Source of the DNA: Candidatus Enterousia excrementavium | GTDB taxonomy: Bacteria; Pseudomonadota; Alphaproteobacteria; Rs-D84 | Direction of reading: 5' to 3' | DNA length: 41,492 nucleotides | NCBI GenBank assembly: GCA_017694175.1 | Contig: JADINE010000028.1 | Coordinates: 1-41,492, forward strand | Part shown: piece by piece, positions 38,018-41,492 of the stretch | Layout: each line of letters opens with the position of its first letter | Position numbering within the stretch: position 1 is the stretch's first letter | Translations under genes and position numbers: made by a program | The notes under the pieces: generated by a model | The model's database searches: none | Told to the model about the DNA's origin: nothing | Seen by the model: the letters and a program-made list of their open reading frames with translations, nothing else

Positions 38018-38737
38018 TTATCGCTGTTTTTGAATAATGTTTTCAATTGGTATTACCGCCGCAGGCGTAGGGCCAGTTTGGCCGTTGTAATGGCTGTTGG
38101 TGTTTTCATTATATGGTTTGCGTTCACCAACGAATTCTTCGTAATAAATTTGGCCTATGCGCATATTGGGATACACAACTGTTGGGTATAATACGCGAAT
38201 TTCCAATGTCCATTGACCGCAAAAACCATCGTCGCCACGCCCAGCAGTGTGGTGATTTAATATAAAATTCCGGCCCACAGACGATTTTCCATCTATATAC
38301 GGGAACAAATTGTATGTTTCGGTATATTCCACTGTGTGCCCCAAATATCCAATGCTGGGGGATAAAATTAATCCATGCGCTGGGATTTCCAAGTCAACAG
38401 TTTCGTGCGATTGTGCATTGCATGGATCCAATAAATATTGCGGATTACGAAAATCGAATAGTTCCGGATTTTTATAATAATTCAGATAATCGTTGTAAGT
38501 TTTGAACCAATCCCGCATGGAATATTTTTGCCCACCATGATATTCAATGGCTGGTTTCATGCCTGTGGGCAAAGTGTGTTTGTAAACTTTTAATTTATCG
38601 CCCAAATGCAGATCATAACTGTTACTGCCCAAACATTTTTCGTCAAACGGGGTAATGATGATATCTGGTTTATACCCAGGATTGTTTTTGTTGTACGTGT
38701 GCATACGGCGTAAAATTTCAGGTCCGGTCAACTGCAT
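38018..38737 (-). CDS. dcd: dCTP deaminase / dUTPase-superfamily protein (long form)
   Basis: N-terminus LTGPEILRRM...ITPFDEKCLGSNSYDLHLGDKLKVY. Core YIDGKSSVGRNFILNHHTAGRGDDGFCGQWTLEI...MRIGQIYY parallels E. coli Dcd (GRSSLARLGL.VH.TA..IDPGW.G...LE). Confidence 0.7.
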   Translation of the reverse strand: MQLTGPEILRRMHTYNKNNPGYKPDIIITPFDEKCLGSNSYDLHLGDKLKVYKHTLPTGMKPAIEYHGGQKYSMRDWFKTYNDYLNYYKNPELFDFRNPQYLLDPCNAQSHETVDLEIPAHGLILSPSIGYLGHTVEYTETYNLFPYIDGKSSVGRNFILNHHTAGRGDDGFCGQWTLEIRVLYPTVVYPNMRIGQIYYEEFVGERKPYNENTNSHYNGQTGPTPAAVIPIENIIQKQR

Positions 38738-38839
38738 AAAAATACCTTTTGTGTTATTTCTTTGGCCAAATTCTACACGTCAATGGCGCGTTTGCAAGAT
38801 TTTTGTTCACTTTTGTGTTTAGTGTGCTATTCTGGGGGC

Positions 38840-39733
38840 ATGGACAAAACATATTCAGGATTTATTGCAATTGTTGGCCCAACAAATGCGGGCAAAAGTA
38901 CACTGTTAAACCAAATCATGGGACGTAAAGTTTCCATCGTTTCGCACAAAGTGCAAACGACGCGTACAAACCTGCGGGCGGTAAAAATGGTGGGCAATCG
39001 GCAATTGATTTTTGTCGATACGCCGGGCATTTTCCGCCCAGCACGCCGATTGGACAGGGCTATGGTTGGTGCTGCAATGGATGCAACGGGTGATGCAGAT
39101 GCAATTTTATTGGTGATTGATGCGCAAAAGGGCATAACCGGCACCGTGCGCGGATTGGTTGAAAAAATCCGCAACCATAAAAATTTGTTTGTTGCCTTGA
39201 ACAAGGTTGACGCCGTATCAAAGCCTGATTTATTGCCAATTACTGCGGAAATAAATGAAATTGCACATCCGCGCGATATTTTTATGATTTCGGCGTTAAA
39301 AAACGATGGCGTGGATGAAATGCTGGGCGCGTTGGCGGCCGTTATGCCGGCCGGGCCTTATTTATTTGAAGCGCACGACGCAACGGATGTGCCGGATAAT
39401 TTATATTTGGCGGAATTGACGCGCGAAAAGATTTATAAATATATTCACCAGGAATTGCCATATCATATCAATGTGGTGACTGAACGGGTTGAAGTTGCAG
39501 ATGATGGTGTTTTGGATATATATCAAAAAATCGCAGTGCGCAGCGATGCACATAAAAAAATAGTTATCGGACGTGGTGGCGCACAATTAAAGAAAATTGG
39601 CACCGCCGCCCGACATGATATTCAAGACCAATGGGGCGTAAATGCGCGCCTGCATTTGTTCGTGCGCGTTGAACCAAATTGGGAAGATATGGCCGAAAAT
39701 TACACGGACCAGGGTTTGGAATTTAAGAAATAA
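38840..39733 (+). CDS. era: GTPase Era
   Basis: G1 GPTNAGKSTLLN, G3 DTPG, G4 NKVD and a C-terminal KH domain (VIGRGGAQLKKIG). The start is at MDKTYSGF, preceded by GGGGG. Confidence 0.92.
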   Translation: MDKTYSGFIAIVGPTNAGKSTLLNQIMGRKVSIVSHKVQTTRTNLRAVKMVGNRQLIFVDTPGIFRPARRLDRAMVGAAMDATGDADAILLVIDAQKGITGTVRGLVEKIRNHKNLFVALNKVDAVSKPDLLPITAEINEIAHPRDIFMISALKNDGVDEMLGALAAVMPAGPYLFEAHDATDVPDNLYLAELTREKIYKYIHQELPYHINVVTERVEVADDGVLDIYQKIAVRSDAHKKIVIGRGGAQLKKIGTAARHDIQDQWGVNARLHLFVRVEPNWEDMAENYTDQGLEFKK

Positions 39734-41283
39734 TGTTACATACTTCTGATTTTGATTTTGAATTACCACCCGAATTAATCGCGTCGCACCCACTGCAACA
39801 ACGCGACGCCTCGCGCATGTTGGTGGTAATGCCGTCGCATTCTGGCACATGGGACAATGCGGTCAGAGATACCGCCAATTATAAAACATTGCCATTTAAT
39901 CCAAAGCTGTTGAACCGTGCCCGCGAATTGCGCAAGGCAGGCAGTTTGCCAGAAGCGTTATTATGGCGCGAAATCAGTGGCAAGAAATTAAACGGATTGG
40001 ATTTTGAGCGTCAAAAAATAATTGGAAATTATATTGTCGATTTTTTTTGTGCGTCAAATTTAATTGTTGTTGAAATAGATGATAAATCCACACACGACAA
40101 TAAATGGAAATATGATGAAAAGCGTGACGAATACTTGCGCGGATTGGGATTGACAGTAATACATATTGCCGCATCAGACGTGTTAAAAAATCCTCACGAC
40201 GTCTTTGTCGGGCTCTCTAACCACCCCGCCTTTCAGGCACCCCTCCAACGGAGGAGAACTGGGCCCGCGACCGATGATACCAAGTTCCCCTCTGCGGAGG
40301 GGTGGCCGCAGGCCGGGGTGGTCAGTGGCGATAATGTCACACTGGCGGACAAGCATATCCGCAATTTTGTGGATTATCTGCAACCGGGCGATGTGGTTGT
40401 GTTTAATAATTCACGTGTAATTCCGGCGCGTTTTGATGCTGCGGATTCCCGTGGCGCGTCGCATGAAATAACATTGCACACGGCCGAAAATAATCGTGTT
40501 TGGTGGGGGCTGTGCAAAAAATTTAATAAAATTCCGTTGGGCGAAATTCTGACGCTGGACGATGGCACAACCGTGCGCGTGTTGGATAAAAACGACGACA
40601 GCGGATTAAAATTGGAATTTCTGTGCGATAATATTTTCGCAGTGTTGGACGCAGTGGGTAAAATGCCGTTGCCACCGTATATGAAGCGCGAAGCGGAAAC
40701 ATCCGACCGCGAACGTTATCAAACGGTGTATGCAGACCCCATCGGTTCGATGGCGGCACCCACGGCCGGATTGCATTTTACGCCTGAATTAATGGATGAA
40801 ATTGAACGCCGTGGCGCAAAAATAGTAAAAATAACCCTGCACGTTGGCGCGGGCACATGGATGCCGGTAAAAACAGAAAATTTGAACGAACATAAAATGC
40901 ACAGTGAATGGTGCTGTATCACACCCGCCCAGGCTGATATAATTAACAACGCAAAACGTGTAATCGCGGTTGGAACAACGTCTATGCGCACGCTGGAAAG
41001 TGCGGCAATGGATAACTGTAATTTGCCGGAATTTGCGCGTTGCAAACGCGTTTCGCCAATTTGTCGCAGCACCGATATTTTTATCACGCCGGGATATAAG
41101 TTTCGTGCAGTTGATGTACTGCTGACGAATTTTCATTTACCAAAATCAACATTGTTTATGTTGGTGTCGGCGTTCAGTGGCCTGGACGAAATGAAGACTG
41201 CGTATGCGCATGCGGTCGCCGAAAAATATCGCTTTTTTTCATACGGCGATTGCTGTTTGTTATTCAAAAAGGAAAATGCGTAA
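39733..41283 (+). CDS. queA: S-adenosylmethionine:tRNA ribosyltransferase-isomerase QueA, carrying an in-frame DUF559 insertion
   Basis: QueA blocks are present: DFDFELPPELIA, PGDVVVFNNSRVIPAR, PLPPYM, YQTVYA, AAPTAGLHFT, VGTTSMRTLES, TNFHLPKSTL and YRFFSYGD. It is 516 aa against about 350 aa for typical QueA. The ATG overlaps the era stop (TAATG). Confidence 0.9.
   Translation: MLHTSDFDFELPPELIASHPLQQRDASRMLVVMPSHSGTWDNAVRDTANYKTLPFNPKLLNRARELRKAGSLPEALLWREISGKKLNGLDFERQKIIGNYIVDFFCASNLIVVEIDDKSTHDNKWKYDEKRDEYLRGLGLTVIHIAASDVLKNPHDVFVGLSNHPAFQAPLQRRRTGPATDDTKFPSAEGWPQAGVVSGDNVTLADKHIRNFVDYLQPGDVVVFNNSRVIPARFDAADSRGASHEITLHTAENNRVWWGLCKKFNKIPLGEILTLDDGTTVRVLDKNDDSGLKLEFLCDNIFAVLDAVGKMPLPPYMKREAETSDRERYQTVYADPIGSMAAPTAGLHFTPELMDEIERRGAKIVKITLHVGAGTWMPVKTENLNEHKMHSEWCCITPAQADIINNAKRVIAVGTTSMRTLESAAMDNCNLPEFARCKRVSPICRSTDIFITPGYKFRAVDVLLTNFHLPKSTLFMLVSAFSGLDEMKTAYAHAVAEKYRFFSYGDCCLLFKKENA
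39865..40323 (+). other. In-frame DUF559 (Vsr-like very-short-patch endonuclease fold) domain insertion within queA
   Basis: LNRARELRKAGSLPEALLWREI...LDFERQKIIGNYIVDFFCASNLIVVEIDD..H......YDEKRDEYLRGLGLTVIHIAASDVL matches the DUF559 pattern. It is followed by a locally GC-rich tail with hairpins (CCTCC-AAC-GGAGG, CCCCTC-TGCG-GAGGGG) of the kind seen at DUF559 gene ends. Confidence 0.7.
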
Positions 41284-41492
41284 TGAAGTTTGAACCACAA
41301 TTACATAAATTGCCAAATGGATTAACGGTCATTCTGGACCCGATGGATTTAGAAACAGTACATTTCAAAGTGTTGTTCTGTACGGGTTCGCGCGATGAAA
41401 AACCAAATGAATACGGCCTGACACACTTTTGCGAACATATGCTGTGCAAAGGCACGCCGCGTTTCCCAGACAGAAAATCAGCAGAAGAATAC
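41283..41492 (+). CDS. M16-family (pitrilysin-like) zinc peptidase, 5' partial that runs off the window
   Basis: MKFEPQLHKLPNGLTVILDP... with the inverted zinc motif HFCEH (HxxEH). The ATG overlaps the queA stop (TAATG). It is absent from the ORF track because there is no stop codon in the window. Confidence 0.8.
   Translation, partial: MKFEPQLHKLPNGLTVILDPMDLETVHFKVLFCTGSRDEKPNEYGLTHFCEHMLCKGTPRFPDRKSAEEY

Overview
The window looks like a chromosomal segment of a Gram-negative, moderately AT-rich bacterium. Gene content and local synteny (lepB-rnc, tilS-ftsH, groES-groEL, bamD, murJ, RlpA with a SPOR domain, a sigma32-type groESL promoter) suggest an alphaproteobacterium-like lineage, but this is inference only. 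Most of the window is housekeeping and envelope genes: fabI, ligA, a class A PBP, an ABC exporter, comM, lepB, rnc, secG, groESL, a HIT protein, a LOG-family protein, tilS, ftsH, prmC, two M23 peptidases, htpX, tdk, bamD, murJ, rlpA, dcd, era, queA and a partial M16 peptidase. There are two tRNAs (Asn-GTT on the minus strand, Arg-ACG on the plus strand) and many clear intrinsic terminators. I saw no CRISPR array, IS element, integrase or prophage genes. Five things stand out. (1) A dispersed family of signal-peptide-bearing, cysteine-rich proteins with eukaryote-like repeats lies at 25242-25880, 31411-32223 and 36052-38013, plus a start-less C-terminal fragment at 35552-35764. (2) Two of these genes are preceded by homologous structured leaders of about 105 nt (31282-31387 and 35935-36037). 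Each has mutually exclusive, co-varying helices, a conserved 67-nt stem-loop and an intrinsic terminator that abuts the ribosome-binding site. I could not match this to any riboswitch or attenuator class I know. (3) The third family member has a different leader carrying repeated AACGTACGTT palindromes, and is followed by a GT9-like glycosyltransferase fused to a DUF4254-like domain. (4) queA carries an in-frame insertion of about 150 aa encoding a DUF559 (Vsr-like) endonuclease domain. (5) Smaller regulatory oddities include phased TTTGTCAA repeats and a probable leaderless gene. All coordinates and family assignments come from reading the sequence and ORF translations by eye. No searches were run.
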